A stretch of 40,290 nucleotides of DNA from an uncultured Ruminococcus sp. (GCA_902797235.1 CADBSB010000006.1:1-40290), one strand, 5' to 3'; counted from the first letter of the stretch, positions 8,657-18,732 are shown. A program made the numbers and translations. The notes: generated from the sequence alone by a model not told the origin.

Positions 8657-8696
8657 AAAAAAATCCGGGAGCGGTATGTGTTCTCGGATTTTTTTT
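8657..8696. terminator. Bidirectional terminator between convergent genes
   Basis: A7-TCCGGGAGC-loop-GTTCTCGGA-T8. Confidence 0.75.
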
Positions 8697-8734
8697 GACA
8701 CGATTTTCGGTTTTTTTGCCTTATAATGTGTATG

Positions 8735-9295
8735 TCACTTTTTAAGCGAGATGAAGACGTTTTCGGGCAGCACCGACGCGGTTTTGTACGCTATCTCCTT
8801 TATCTGCGCGACCTCGTTCGGTAAGAGGTTATCGTCGCTTTTTACGACTATGGAGAGCGTGTCGCCGGAGATGACGGCTATGCAGTCCTCAAAGCCCTTT
8901 GCTTTTACGAGCGTTTCGACGTTCGCCTCCTTTTCTATATCCGCCGATATGCGCGTTATGTCGGCGAGCGCCTGCTTTGACGCGTCCTTATCCGCGCCTG
9001 AATCGACGACGGCGTGCAGGACCTCCATAGCTTCGTCGCGCGCTTTCGTGCGGTTGAGAGCGGAGGCTTCGAAAAAGTCCTCATTCTGTTTTACGGCGCC
9101 CGTGCTTCCGGCGTTGTTTTTGACCGCGGTCGACGAGGTCTTCGGCAAAACGAGGTTCAGCGTTACCGCCGTGCCGATTATAAGCACGCCGGCCGCTATC
9201 GCCGCGCTCCTTTTGCCGTACTTTTTGAAAAAATCCTTCAGCTTCTCCCCGAATGCTTTTACATTTTCCTTGTTTTGCGCTTTTATTATTCTCAT
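8735..9295 (-). CDS. spoIIIAH: Stage III sporulation protein AH
   Basis: N-terminal TM, FFEASALNR..ARDE and E.LVKAKGFEDCIAVI motifs; last gene of the operon; AAGGAG RBS before ATG 9295. Confidence 0.88.
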   Translation of the reverse strand: MRIIKAQNKENVKAFGEKLKDFFKKYGKRSAAIAAGVLIIGTAVTLNLVLPKTSSTAVKNNAGSTGAVKQNEDFFEASALNRTKARDEAMEVLHAVVDSGADKDASKQALADITRISADIEKEANVETLVKAKGFEDCIAVISGDTLSIVVKSDDNLLPNEVAQIKEIAYKTASVLPENVFISLKK

Positions 9296-9314
9296 GGCAA
9301 GCTCCTTTATGTGT

Positions 9315-9767
9315 TTATTTGTACGAGGCAACGTATATTTTCGCGCTCGACACGCCGTACGCGCAGGACAGAGCCTCCGTTATCTTCCGCTTTACCGCCG
9401 GATCGTCGCCGTTTCTGCACACCACGGTTATGCCGCGTATAACGGGCGCCGCAACTCTTACCGCCACGGGTGAGCCGGACGAGATCACCGTCTGCTCGCC
9501 GCCCTCCGTCACGTTTTTGGCGTACTGAGTTTCGCGTCCGTACTCCGCGGAAACCATGACGTATACCTTGCCGCCGCACATCGCCTGTACCGTTTGTTCT
9601 ATTTTATTCGTCGCCTGCCGCTCATATTCCGATATTTCATCGGAATTGTCATCTGTTTTTGCGCGGCCGCCGTATATCATAAGCAAAACGCCCGATACGA
9701 GCGCGGCGGCGATAAGTATGATCGCCTTTTTATTTTTTAAAAGCCCCGATAAAAATCCGTTTTTCAT
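9315..9767 (-). CDS. spoIIIAG: Stage III sporulation protein AG
   Basis: N-terminal TM, PVIRGITVVC..GDDPAVK..ITEA..(YGVSSAKIYV), and operon position. Confidence 0.85.
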   Translation of the reverse strand: MKNGFLSGLLKNKKAIILIAAALVSGVLLMIYGGRAKTDDNSDEISEYERQATNKIEQTVQAMCGGKVYVMVSAEYGRETQYAKNVTEGGEQTVISSGSPVAVRVAAPVIRGITVVCRNGDDPAVKRKITEALSCAYGVSSAKIYVASYK

Positions 9768-10228
9768 TCCTCTATCACCACCTCGCACGGAACGCCGAGC
9801 AGCTCTGACACGTCGTTTTTGAGGCTTACGGTGTAAACCGCGTATTTCAACCCTTTAAGCTCCGTTTTAACGCCGGTGAGCCGGATCGTTTTGCCGTCGT
9901 TGTCGTATGAAACGCTTACCTTTATATCGTCCTTTGGCACGTTGTGCTTCTGATACGCCAGATCGGCGACCGCGTTTTCAAGGCTGCTCACCGTCAGCTT
10001 TACGGTCAGCTCCGCCGCCTTATCGGTCATATCCGTTATCCGCACCTCTGCGTTGTCTATCTGCGGTACGCTTGTATCAAATGGCAAAAAGGATAAGATA
10101 ACGGATAAAACGCATAGTGAGCAGGCGAACCGCACGTATTTTTTGATCGCGTCGCCCGGGCAGATCATCAAAACCGCCGTGCATATCGCGGACAGTACGG
10201 CAAGCTGAGACAAAAGCCGGCTTATCAT
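9764..10228 (-). CDS. spoIIIAF: Stage III sporulation protein AF
   Basis: P....KKYVRF...L motif between two TMs; ATGA overlap with spoIIIAE. Confidence 0.8.
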   Translation of the reverse strand: MISRLLSQLAVLSAICTAVLMICPGDAIKKYVRFACSLCVLSVILSFLPFDTSVPQIDNAEVRITDMTDKAAELTVKLTVSSLENAVADLAYQKHNVPKDDIKVSVSYDNDGKTIRLTGVKTELKGLKYAVYTVSLKNDVSELLGVPCEVVIEE

Positions 10229-11187
10229 ATGCAGAAAAGCGCGCACGCCGCCGAAAAAACGACGGACACGGTGAGGATGACTGATAAAAGTACGGATAAA
10301 ACGTCGTTGCACTCGTCAAAAAACGTTTGCAGCGCGTCCGCTTCGAGAAAAGCACAGAGCGCGGACGAGGCGCGCATACAGAGCTTTGAGAGCACGACCG
10401 ACGAAACGGCGGGTATGACTATGACGAGAAGCGAGATCACACCGCCCGCGCCCGCCGCGCCCCTTACGGCGGCGATCGACGTCGTTACCGCGGTGACGGA
10501 TTCCGACAAGGACGAGCCGATTATGGGAATAAAAGAGGAGGACGCGAATTTGACCACCTTTATCGCCGCGCCGTCCGCCGCCTTTGCTATGACCGTCTGA
10601 TACGAGAGCACGGCGCAAAGCACGGCGCCCGCGGCCGTGCAGAGAAACACGGTCGCCCGCTTTACCGTTTTTGAAATATGCTTCATACCGGCGTCAAACC
10701 CGAAGACGGATATAAGCGACACGCCGAAAAGTATGAGGGAGAGCGGGAAAAGGATTTTGTCCGACAGAAGCCGCGTTATCTGCAAGGCGAGCATTAGCGT
10801 TGACGCCGAGGAGCTTCCGCCGACTATGTTCCCGGTAAGCCCGTACATGGCGCACATCGCGGCGGACATAGTGTCCATAAATATCGCAACAGCGGAAAGG
10901 CTTGCCTGAACGGCATCGTACGCGCGCCTTAAAACTTCAAAAGCCGCGATGGAGCAAAGAAGCGCGGCACAGAGATCCGTCGCGCCCGTGCTATCCGACA
11001 CGGCGGAGACGAAGTGCTTCACGAGCGCGGCTGTTATTATAAGCCCGAAAAGTATAAGAGCGGATGAAAGCGCCGGCTTTATCCCGTCCCTAAACGAGGA
11101 AAACAGCGCGTCCTCCGCCTCACCCTGACCGTAAAGCGTGATCCCGCCGCAGTATTCGCTTGCTATGTAGTTTTGAAGCTCCTGCAT
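10225..11187 (-). CDS. spoIIIAE: Stage III sporulation protein AE
   Basis: Polytopic; KFASSSFIPIIGSSLSE motif; operon position. Confidence 0.85.
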   Translation of the reverse strand: MQELQNYIASEYCGGITLYGQGEAEDALFSSFRDGIKPALSSALILFGLIITAALVKHFVSAVSDSTGATDLCAALLCSIAAFEVLRRAYDAVQASLSAVAIFMDTMSAAMCAMYGLTGNIVGGSSSASTLMLALQITRLLSDKILFPLSLILFGVSLISVFGFDAGMKHISKTVKRATVFLCTAAGAVLCAVLSYQTVIAKAADGAAIKVVKFASSSFIPIIGSSLSESVTAVTTSIAAVRGAAGAGGVISLLVIVIPAVSSVVLSKLCMRASSALCAFLEADALQTFFDECNDVLSVLLSVILTVSVVFSAACALFCI

Positions 11188-11193
11188 TTTAAA

Positions 11194-11580
11194 TTACCCG
11201 TTTATATATCCCAGTGCTGTATTCAGTACCCCTTTTATGAGCGGCAGGCAGACGGTAAGTATGCCGAGCTTGCCCGCCGTCAGTATTTTCAAGCCGGCGG
11301 AGGCTTCGCCGCTGTCCTTGCAGATATCCGCGGCGGTGTGCGCTATGAAGCCTATGCCCGCGGATTTGAATATGTACGGCAGATATTCGTTTATTCCGTC
11401 CGTTGCCGGAACTGTCAGCCCGTTTTTTATATACAGAAAGCCTTGTACTATAAGAAAAACGAGCCATACGGACAAAAGCACGGAGAGGATGCCGCCTATC
11501 CCCGCCTCTATCCGCTTTACTGCGGAGATCAGAAGCGCGAGCGACGCCGCGAGGATGCAGACGGCCGCCGCTTCCGTCAC
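11194..11580 (-). CDS. spoIIIAD: Stage III sporulation protein AD
   Basis: K..GIGFI....ADICKDSGE...G.KI..AGK..IL...LP motif. Confidence 0.9.
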   Translation of the reverse strand: MTEAAAVCILAASLALLISAVKRIEAGIGGILSVLLSVWLVFLIVQGFLYIKNGLTVPATDGINEYLPYIFKSAGIGFIAHTAADICKDSGEASAGLKILTAGKLGILTVCLPLIKGVLNTALGYING

Positions 11581-11771
11581 AGTCCGAACGAGGCGCGGAT
11601 ATACGAAAACAGATCGGATACCCGGCCGACTATCATCAAAAGTATCACCACGATCCCGCAGAGAGACAAAAGCATCGCCATTTCCTCCCTGCCGGACTTT
11701 GAAAGCACCACGTACGTCACCGCGACGAGCAGACCTACGCCCGCCGCCTTAAAAATAATATCTATATCCAA
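11577..11771 (-). CDS. spoIIIAC: Stage III sporulation protein AC
   Basis: MDIDIIFKAAGVGLLVAV...VLSKSGREE...F..IR..FGL; 64 aa. Confidence 0.93.
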   Translation of the reverse strand: MDIDIIFKAAGVGLLVAVTYVVLSKSGREEMAMLLSLCGIVVILLMIVGRVSDLFSYIRASFGL

Positions 11772-11785
11772 AACGTCCTCCTTTA

Positions 11786-12235
11786 TCAGAGGAAAATGAT
11801 GACCGCAGAGATCCCGGTAAAAAGGGAGAGCGCGATATATAATTTCGGCGCGTTTTTGCTCTTTTTGCGGCGTTCTTCAAGGTACGTTTCATACTGCGAT
11901 ATAAGACTGTCGAACGCTCCGCGCTGTACCGCCGCGTCGCCCTTGCCGACGACGGAGCAAAAGTCGCGGAATATACCGCGCTCCGCGCCGTTCAGTTTTT
12001 TAAGCGTTTCCTCATACGCGGAATATATGCCGTCCGTTTTATCTCTCTGAAAAACGGGGAGACGGGACAGTATTATATCCGTCGGCGTCATGTTTTCGCA
12101 TATCTCGTCTCTTATATACTTCATAACCCTGTATATCTCCTCCGATACCCGGAGCGCCTCGCCCGAGGCCGAGGACAGCAAAAGACCGACGGATAAAGAG
12201 GATATTATTATCAGAGCCGCGCCCGCGTATTTCAT
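11786..12235 (-). CDS. spoIIIAB: Stage III sporulation protein AB
   Basis: TM at both ends, GKGD...Q and KLY..L motifs; lies between AA and AC. Confidence 0.82.
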   Translation of the reverse strand: MKYAGAALIIISSLSVGLLLSSASGEALRVSEEIYRVMKYIRDEICENMTPTDIILSRLPVFQRDKTDGIYSAYEETLKKLNGAERGIFRDFCSVVGKGDAAVQRGAFDSLISQYETYLEERRKKSKNAPKLYIALSLFTGISAVIIFL

Positions 12236-13128
12236 AAGCTTTTATCTTTTATATCAAAACAGAATTCCGTGCCGCGCCGCGACAGAAAAACGTACTTTTC
12301 AAATATGCCGCCGTCATATAGCAGCTTCAGGTTCGGACGGCTGAGTAATGATCTCATACAGTCCGCGTGCGCGGTGCAGATGAGTATTACGCCGCCGCTC
12401 TGCGCGGAGAGAAGCGCTCTCGCCTCGTCGTCGCCGCCGAGCTCGTCGCAGAGCACCGCCTGCGCGGACATATTGCGGACGGCGCATTCCACCGCGGCAG
12501 CCTTCTCCTTGCCGCAGATATAGTCCGCGAAAAGCGGCTTTTTCTCCGGCAAAAGCTCGTATTTCGTGTCGCAGACGACTATCCTCATGCCGTACCTTGC
12601 GCAGAGCTGGTACGCTATATCGCGTAAAAGCGTCGTTTTACCGACGCCGGGCGGAGAGCATATGAGCATTGAAACGACGCCCGTTTCTTCAAGCAGTTTT
12701 ACGCTGCACCCGCGTATCTCGCGCGGGATGCGTATGCAGATGCCGTCTATGCCGTAGACCGGGCCTCCGAGCACGCCGTACGTCGATACCCCCGCGCGCA
12801 CTCTGCCGGAGGATGAAATGTAGCCGCGCTCAAGCTCGTCTCTGTGTGAGTGGAACGACGTCCTGCACAAAAGCGCCGCGCAGCCGTCCAGATCCTCTTT
12901 CGTGCATATGTACGGGGGTCCCGACAGATTTCCCGTCTCGTCAAAAACGACGTTTTTGTCCGCCGCGGAGACGGAGAGCGCGCCGTTAAGCCGCAGTCTT
13001 ATCTCCGTCACCTCCGACGCGAGCCGCGGATATTTCATGCAGAAAAGATTCAGTATGCCGGATATGCGTTTAGGCAGGTACGGGTACGCCTCAAACACGG
13101 GCAAGCGATCGTTTTTTATATCCGTCAA
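12232..13128 (-). CDS. spoIIIAA: Stage III sporulation ATPase AA
   Basis: EIRLR, SPPGVGKTTLLRD Walker A, CDELG Walker B and TAH motif; TTG start after GGAGGTG. Confidence 0.92.
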   Translation of the reverse strand: MTDIKNDRLPVFEAYPYLPKRISGILNLFCMKYPRLASEVTEIRLRLNGALSVSAADKNVVFDETGNLSGPPYICTKEDLDGCAALLCRTSFHSHRDELERGYISSSGRVRAGVSTYGVLGGPVYGIDGICIRIPREIRGCSVKLLEETGVVSMLICSPPGVGKTTLLRDIAYQLCARYGMRIVVCDTKYELLPEKKPLFADYICGKEKAAAVECAVRNMSAQAVLCDELGGDDEARALLSAQSGGVILICTAHADCMRSLLSRPNLKLLYDGGIFEKYVFLSRRGTEFCFDIKDKSL

Positions 13129-13155
13129 TCCGCCACCTCCCGTACGCTTTGTTTC

Positions 13156-13185
13156 AATATATGAAAGCGGGAGGGTTATTATTAC
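13156..13185 (-). promoter_or_regulatory. sigma-E-type promoter of spoIIIA operon
   Basis: GTAATAAT-14 bp-CATATATT, matching the mother-cell sigma-E consensus. spoIIIA is sigma-E controlled in characterised spore formers. Confidence 0.6.
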
Positions 13186-13279
13186 AGAGCGTTGAATAAC
13201 AAATCGCGTGCGTGGCAAAAATAATGTTATCCCGGATGTTTGTTTGCGGGATCGGTGTTCGCCTCATTTAACAAATTTC

Positions 13280-13355
13280 GTCGGCTTTGCCGACACCTTC
13301 ACTCGCGTAAGCGAATATAACTTGCACAAGCAAATATAACTTTCCGCTTTTGCGG
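13280..13355. repeat. Hairpin array with AATATAACT linkers
   Basis: GTCGGC/GCCGAC, CGC/GCG, TGC/GCA and CCGC/GCGG hairpins; two exact AATATAACT linkers. Confidence 0.6.
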
Positions 13356-13369
13356 CATAGAGGTATCTT

Positions 13370-15553
13370 ATGTATTCTTCCGTCATTCTTGCCGGCGGGC
13401 TGGGGACGCGGCTGCGGCCGCTGACCGACACCGTGCCGAAACCGATGCTTCCCGTCGGCGGGGAGCCGAACCTTGTCAGATTATGCGAGCATCTGTGCAA
13501 AAACGGCTTTGAATCCGCCGTCGTTACGCTCAGATACCTGCCCGACAAAATAAAAGAACAGCTGACGGACACCTGCCGCGGCGTTGATCTGAAATACGTC
13601 TGCGAGGACGAGCCGCGCGGCACCGCGGGCGCCGTCAAAGCCGTTTCGCATATGCTTTGCGACGATTTCCTTGTCATATCCGGCGACGCGGTCTGCACTC
13701 TCGATCTGTCCGCGGCGTTTGAGGAGCATAAAAAAAGCGGTGCGCTCGTCACGATCATCACGCACACCTCTAAGGAGCCCTTGCAGTACGGCTGTGTTGT
13801 GAGCGGCGCAGACGGCAGGATAATCGGCTTTTGCGAAAAACCGTCGTGGCAGCAGGTGATGTCCGACAAAGTAAACACGGGCATATATTTTTTATCAAAA
13901 CGCGCGCTCGACTACGTGCCGGATAACGGCGCCTGCGATTTTTCACGCGACGTTTTTCCGAAAATGATGCAGAACGGCGAGCTTTTATATTCCTGCGAGG
14001 CTGAGGGGTACTGGCGCGACATAGGCTCGTTTTCCGAATATCTTGCGGCAAACCGCGACATGATAAGCGGCGGCAATAACGCGGAGACCGAGGGCTCAGT
14101 TTACGGCGACGATTTCCGATTAGGCAAAAATTCCGCCTTTATTAACTCCGTCGCCTTTGACGGGGTGAGCATAGCGGACAACTGCTCGGTCGTCGGCAGT
14201 ATTTTAGCGCGCAACGTGACAGTCGGCGACGGCTGCGTTCTGCGCGACGGCTGCGTGATAGGAGAGGGCGCGGTTATAAACGACGGCGTTCACCTTGGCA
14301 GCGGCGTGGTGATCGGCACGGGCAAAACCGTCACAAAAAACAAGGGAGACGAAATAATGGTAAGATCCGATCTTATTAAGGACGGACGGGTGGTCATATC
14401 CGATAAGGAACAGACGGCGGCTGAGATTTACAGGCTTTCAAGAGCTATAGCGAAGGCGGCGGACGGCTGCGTCGGCGTATGCTGCGACATAGCCGGCAAG
14501 CGCGAGGGCGAGGCGGAAATGGCGTCGTATTCCCTCTGCGACTGCGGCGCGCGCGTTTATTACTTTGGCAGATGCTCGAAAGCCGAGGCTAAGTACGCGG
14601 GTCAAATTTTCGGTACGGTGCTCAATTTATATTTTTCAAACGGCGAAGACGGTGATCTGACGGTTTGGCTATACGACGAGACGGGTCTGGCGCCTACCGC
14701 CGCGTATGAAAAAAAGATCTGCGACGCGTACAGATCGGAGCCGGAAAAATCGGGCGGCGGCAAAACGGAGCGCATAAGCGGTCTGTCCGCGGCGTATAAA
14801 AACGCGCTCGCGCACGCCGCGGATCTGAGGGGCGTATCCGTCACGGTCGTATCTTGTGCGGAAGCGGACGGGGTCGAACAGGCCTGCGCCGCGGCAGGCG
14901 CGTCGACCGGGAAGCCCGCGTCTCCCTATACGGAAAAGGACGAGTTTACGGTTAATTTATCGGAAAGGGCGGCTTTGCTCGGTCAAAACGGCGTTTTCTG
15001 TACGTTTGACGAGTGTTTGTTGATACTGTTGTCTTTGATATCGCCGGAGGAGCATCCCGTCATATCCCTGCCGTATTTTATGCCGCGGATATATGAAAAA
15101 ACGGCGAAAAGCCGCGGAATAAGGGTGCAAAGATACCTTCACAAGCCGTCGTACGAGCAACGGACGGACACGGAGGCGAGACGCGCGAGATCTCTTTGTC
15201 CGTTCTGCCACGATCCCGCGTTCTGCGCCGCGGTTTTGATGTCTGAATTGAAGAAAAACAAGCTGACTTTATCAAAAGCCGCCGAAAAGTACGCAAAGGG
15301 CGTTATACGACGCGAGGATATAAAGGTTTCCGACAAAGAAAAGGCGGCGTGTATGAGAAGACTTTACGAGGCGTATATGCCGTACCAGGTCAGCGCGTCG
15401 GACGGCGTGAGCGTCGTAGAGGGCGGCGCGGAGGGCGTTGCGATGGCGGCGGATACGGATAAAATAAGGATAGTCATATCCGCCGACAGCGAGGAGGCGG
15501 CGGAAGACGCGGTCGGCGAGATAATGATGCGGCTCGGCTTTCCGCGTTCATAA
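13370..15553 (+). CDS. Sugar-phosphate nucleotidyltransferase (mannose-1-P guanylyltransferase-like) with hexapeptide repeats, fused to a degenerate phosphohexomutase-like region
   Basis: LAGGLGTRLRPLT..PKPM, E.EPRGTAGAV, FCEKP and GYWRDIG motifs, then LbH repeats. The C-terminal ~400 aa is PMM-like but lacks SHNP and DxDxD. Confidence 0.8.
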   Translation: MYSSVILAGGLGTRLRPLTDTVPKPMLPVGGEPNLVRLCEHLCKNGFESAVVTLRYLPDKIKEQLTDTCRGVDLKYVCEDEPRGTAGAVKAVSHMLCDDFLVISGDAVCTLDLSAAFEEHKKSGALVTIITHTSKEPLQYGCVVSGADGRIIGFCEKPSWQQVMSDKVNTGIYFLSKRALDYVPDNGACDFSRDVFPKMMQNGELLYSCEAEGYWRDIGSFSEYLAANRDMISGGNNAETEGSVYGDDFRLGKNSAFINSVAFDGVSIADNCSVVGSILARNVTVGDGCVLRDGCVIGEGAVINDGVHLGSGVVIGTGKTVTKNKGDEIMVRSDLIKDGRVVISDKEQTAAEIYRLSRAIAKAADGCVGVCCDIAGKREGEAEMASYSLCDCGARVYYFGRCSKAEAKYAGQIFGTVLNLYFSNGEDGDLTVWLYDETGLAPTAAYEKKICDAYRSEPEKSGGGKTERISGLSAAYKNALAHAADLRGVSVTVVSCAEADGVEQACAAAGASTGKPASPYTEKDEFTVNLSERAALLGQNGVFCTFDECLLILLSLISPEEHPVISLPYFMPRIYEKTAKSRGIRVQRYLHKPSYEQRTDTEARRARSLCPFCHDPAFCAAVLMSELKKNKLTLSKAAEKYAKGVIRREDIKVSDKEKAACMRRLYEAYMPYQVSASDGVSVVEGGAEGVAMAADTDKIRIVISADSEEAAEDAVGEIMMRLGFPRS

Positions 15554-15572
15554 AATCTTTATATTAACTGTC

Positions 15573-15601
15573 TTGAAGAAACGGCGTATAAATGGTATAA
15601 T
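15573..15601 (+). promoter_or_regulatory. sigma-A promoter of rnj operon
   Basis: TTGAAG-17 bp-TATAAT with extended TG. Confidence 0.65.
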
Positions 15602-15715
15602 TCCTATAATAATCAAAACTTTACGCGGCTTGACGCCGCTACATATATACAAATAACAAAACCACGATAATATCGCGGTGTTTTCTCTATGAAAACCGGA
15701 AATGAGGTAAAAATA

Positions 15716-17404
15716 ATGACGAAAAAGAAAAAAACGGAGGCGTCGGGCAAGCTGAAGGTAGCCATGCTCGGCGGCCTTTATGAGATAGGAAAGAATCTGG
15801 CGGTCATCGAATATGAGGGAGAGATACTCGTTGTGGATTGCGGTCTCGGTTTCCCGGACGACGATATGCTCGGTATCGACCTCGTAATACCCGACGTCAC
15901 GTACCTTAAAGAAAACGAGGATAAGATAAAGGGCATAGTTCTGACGCACGGACACGAGGACCATATAGGCGCGCTCCCGTACGTTTTGCAGCAGATAAGC
16001 CCGCCCGTTTACGGCACGCCGCTTACGATAGGTATTTTGCGCGGCAAGCTTGAGGAGCGGACGTACGAGACAGAGCCCGACCTTAACGTAGTGCGCGCCG
16101 GACAGAAGATAAAGCTCGGCTGCTTTGAGGTCGAGTTCATAAACGTTAACCATTCGATACCGGACGCGGTGTGCCTTGCGATAAACACGCCCCTCGGCAT
16201 GATAATCCATTCGGGCGACTTCAAAATCGATCTGACGCCGGTCGACAGCCCGATGATAGACCTGCCGCGCATAGGCGAGCTCGGAAACGAGGGAGTTCTG
16301 CTTCTGATGTGCGAATCCACTAACGCGGAGCGCCCGGGTTATACTCCGTCCGAGCGTCTTGTCGGCGCGTCGCTCGATTCCATATTTTTCAGAAACGCGG
16401 ACAAGCGCATAACGATAGCGACGTTTTCGTCAAACGTACACAGAGTTCAGCAGATAATAAACACGTCCGAAAAGTACGGCAGAAAGGTCGTCATAAACGG
16501 CAGAAGCATGCAGAATATCGTGTCCTGCGCCATGGAGCTCGGATATATGCACGCCGCCGAGGGCACGCTTATCGATATACTCGATATTAAAAAATACAAC
16601 CCGGAGCAGTTAACGATAGTCTGCACGGGCAGCCAGGGCGAGCCGATGTCCTCGCTTTACAGGATGGCGTTTTCGGAGCACAGCAGGATAGAGCTTTCGC
16701 CGAAGGACGTCGTCGTAATCAGCGCGAACGCCATACCGGGCAACGAAAAGCTTGTCAACAATATAATAAACGAGCTGTTCAGAAAAGGCGTCAACGTCAT
16801 ATACGACGCGATAGTGTCGGACGTTCACGTTTCCGGCCACGCGTGCCAGGAGGAGCTCAAAACCATGCACGCGCTGACTAAGCCGAAATACTTTATGCCT
16901 ATACACGGCGAGTACAAGCATCTTGCCACGCACAAGAATCTGGCTCTGTTTTTGGGTGAAAAGCCGGAAAACATATTTATATCCGAGGTCGGACGCGTGC
17001 TTGAAATAGACAGCGAGGGCGCACGCTTCAACGGCACGGTGCCGTCCGGCAAGGTGCTTGTCGACGGTTACGGCGTGGGCGACGTCGGCGGCATAGTTCT
17101 GCGCGACAGGCGCCATCTGTCGCAGGACGGCATAATAGTCGTCTGCGCGTCCGTTTCAACGGAATCGGGGCTTTTGCTGTCGGGACCCGAGATATACTCC
17201 CGCGGCTTCGTCTACGTGCGAGAATCCGAGGATATGATGGACGATCTGCGCGAGCTGACGGCAGGGATAATTGAGGAATTCTACGACAACGCGGATAACG
17301 ACTACGCGGCGATGAAAACACGCATAAAGGATGAGACAGCGAAATATATCAGTATAAAAACGAAGCGCAAACCGATGATACTGCCGATAATTATGGAGAT
17401 ATGA
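15716..17404 (+). CDS. rnj: Ribonuclease J
   Basis: GGL.EIGKN, THGHEDHIGA, HSIPD, GDFKID, GSQGEP, HVSGH and PIHGE motifs. Confidence 0.96.
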   Translation: MTKKKKTEASGKLKVAMLGGLYEIGKNLAVIEYEGEILVVDCGLGFPDDDMLGIDLVIPDVTYLKENEDKIKGIVLTHGHEDHIGALPYVLQQISPPVYGTPLTIGILRGKLEERTYETEPDLNVVRAGQKIKLGCFEVEFINVNHSIPDAVCLAINTPLGMIIHSGDFKIDLTPVDSPMIDLPRIGELGNEGVLLLMCESTNAERPGYTPSERLVGASLDSIFFRNADKRITIATFSSNVHRVQQIINTSEKYGRKVVINGRSMQNIVSCAMELGYMHAAEGTLIDILDIKKYNPEQLTIVCTGSQGEPMSSLYRMAFSEHSRIELSPKDVVVISANAIPGNEKLVNNIINELFRKGVNVIYDAIVSDVHVSGHACQEELKTMHALTKPKYFMPIHGEYKHLATHKNLALFLGEKPENIFISEVGRVLEIDSEGARFNGTVPSGKVLVDGYGVGDVGGIVLRDRRHLSQDGIIVVCASVSTESGLLLSGPEIYSRGFVYVRESEDMMDDLRELTAGIIEEFYDNADNDYAAMKTRIKDETAKYISIKTKRKPMILPIIMEI

Positions 17405-18732
17405 AAAGATTTTTATCGCTTTTGATACTGCTTTTGCTCGCCCTATCCGCTTGCGTATCGCCCGCCGATATGCGGGAAACGACGACGTGCGCGACAACCG
17501 AAACGCGTGCGGAAACAGAGACGGACGTAATAACAAGCAACGCGGCGACGGAAGAGCAGACGACGGCGGAGCGGACGGAGGACACGACGCAAAGCCCGCC
17601 CGAAAAAACGGAGAAGCCGACTGTAAATGGGTATATACTGATCGAGCCGGGCGTCGCCATGATATACGGCTCGTGCGCAAAGGATTCCGAAATAAAATTA
17701 AAATCCGATATTGAAGAGTTTACCGCGCACTCTGACGGGGAATATTTCGCCGTCGCGGCTGCTCTTAACGAAAAGGGCAAGACCGAGATAACGCTCGCCG
17801 CAAAAGCGGACGGGGCAAAAGAGAGCGACACCGTTTCCTTAAGCGTGAAAAACAACAAAAACGCAAGCAAATCAAACGTTACCGTAACGCTCGGCTCACG
17901 CGTTACAGAAAAGAAGGTTTTACCAGATATATACGGTACGAACGTGATGTCGGACGACGAGATAAAGGCCCTGAAAAAAAACGTGCAGTACAGGATAAGG
18001 ACTGCGAAAAAACGCGCCGGCAAGGACGTAAAGACAGTTTATATAATAGTCCCCGATCCGTTAACGGTCTATTCCGAGGAGCTGACGGAGGAGATGAATG
18101 ACAGTATAGTATCGAAAAACGCGAGGATGAAACAGGTGGTCGACGTCCTGTCAAAGATCGACGGCGCGACGGTGATAGACTTGACGGAGGCGCTGATCGA
18201 AAACAAGGATAAAGGCAAGCTGTATTACAAGCTTGACAGCCACTGGACGGAGCTCGGCGCGTTTTACGGTTATCAGACGGTCATGAAAACGCTCGGGCTG
18301 CCGTATCACGAATTGTCCGATTATTCCGTTGATTATATAGACATAGACGACACGGATATGAACGTGTATTCCGGCGTGGGATTGGGTGAAATGTACGAGT
18401 CCGCGCCTTATCTGACCGCGAAATTCAAGGAAAAAACGCCTTACGGCAAAAATAAAGAGGACACCGCGAGGATCTGGAGCTTTGTAAACGAGTTTTTCAG
18501 CGGCAGACAGTCAAGGACGGATATCGATGAAGACGGGCCGACGGCGATGTTTTTGTTCGATTCATACGGGCTGAATATCATACCGTACCTTGCAGAGCAT
18601 TTCAAAACGTTCGTAACGCAGCCTATATGGAGCTACAGCGTCGATTACTCGCTCGTATCGGAGATTGAGCCCGATTACATAATAGAGCTTTTGGCGGAAA
18701 GAGATTTAAACGAGCTTCTGACGGGAACGTGA
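17401..18732 (+). CDS. Lipoprotein with DHHW/AlgX-AlgJ-like SGNH domain
   Basis: Lipobox LSAC, Thr/Glu-rich linker, LYYKLDSHWTELGA and DSYG motifs. Confidence 0.78.
   Translation: MKRFLSLLILLLLALSACVSPADMRETTTCATTETRAETETDVITSNAATEEQTTAERTEDTTQSPPEKTEKPTVNGYILIEPGVAMIYGSCAKDSEIKLKSDIEEFTAHSDGEYFAVAAALNEKGKTEITLAAKADGAKESDTVSLSVKNNKNASKSNVTVTLGSRVTEKKVLPDIYGTNVMSDDEIKALKKNVQYRIRTAKKRAGKDVKTVYIIVPDPLTVYSEELTEEMNDSIVSKNARMKQVVDVLSKIDGATVIDLTEALIENKDKGKLYYKLDSHWTELGAFYGYQTVMKTLGLPYHELSDYSVDYIDIDDTDMNVYSGVGLGEMYESAPYLTAKFKEKTPYGKNKEDTARIWSFVNEFFSGRQSRTDIDEDGPTAMFLFDSYGLNIIPYLAEHFKTFVTQPIWSYSVDYSLVSEIEPDYIIELLAERDLNELLTGT

Noticed and set aside
8695-8727. Antisense sigma-A promoter into spoIIIAH (TTGACA...TATAAT)
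   Set aside because: The spacer is 21 bp, too long for a functional promoter.
8751-13884. Many antisense ORFs over spoIIIA and neighbouring genes
   Set aside because: Shadow frames of well-supported genes, with no recognisable motifs.
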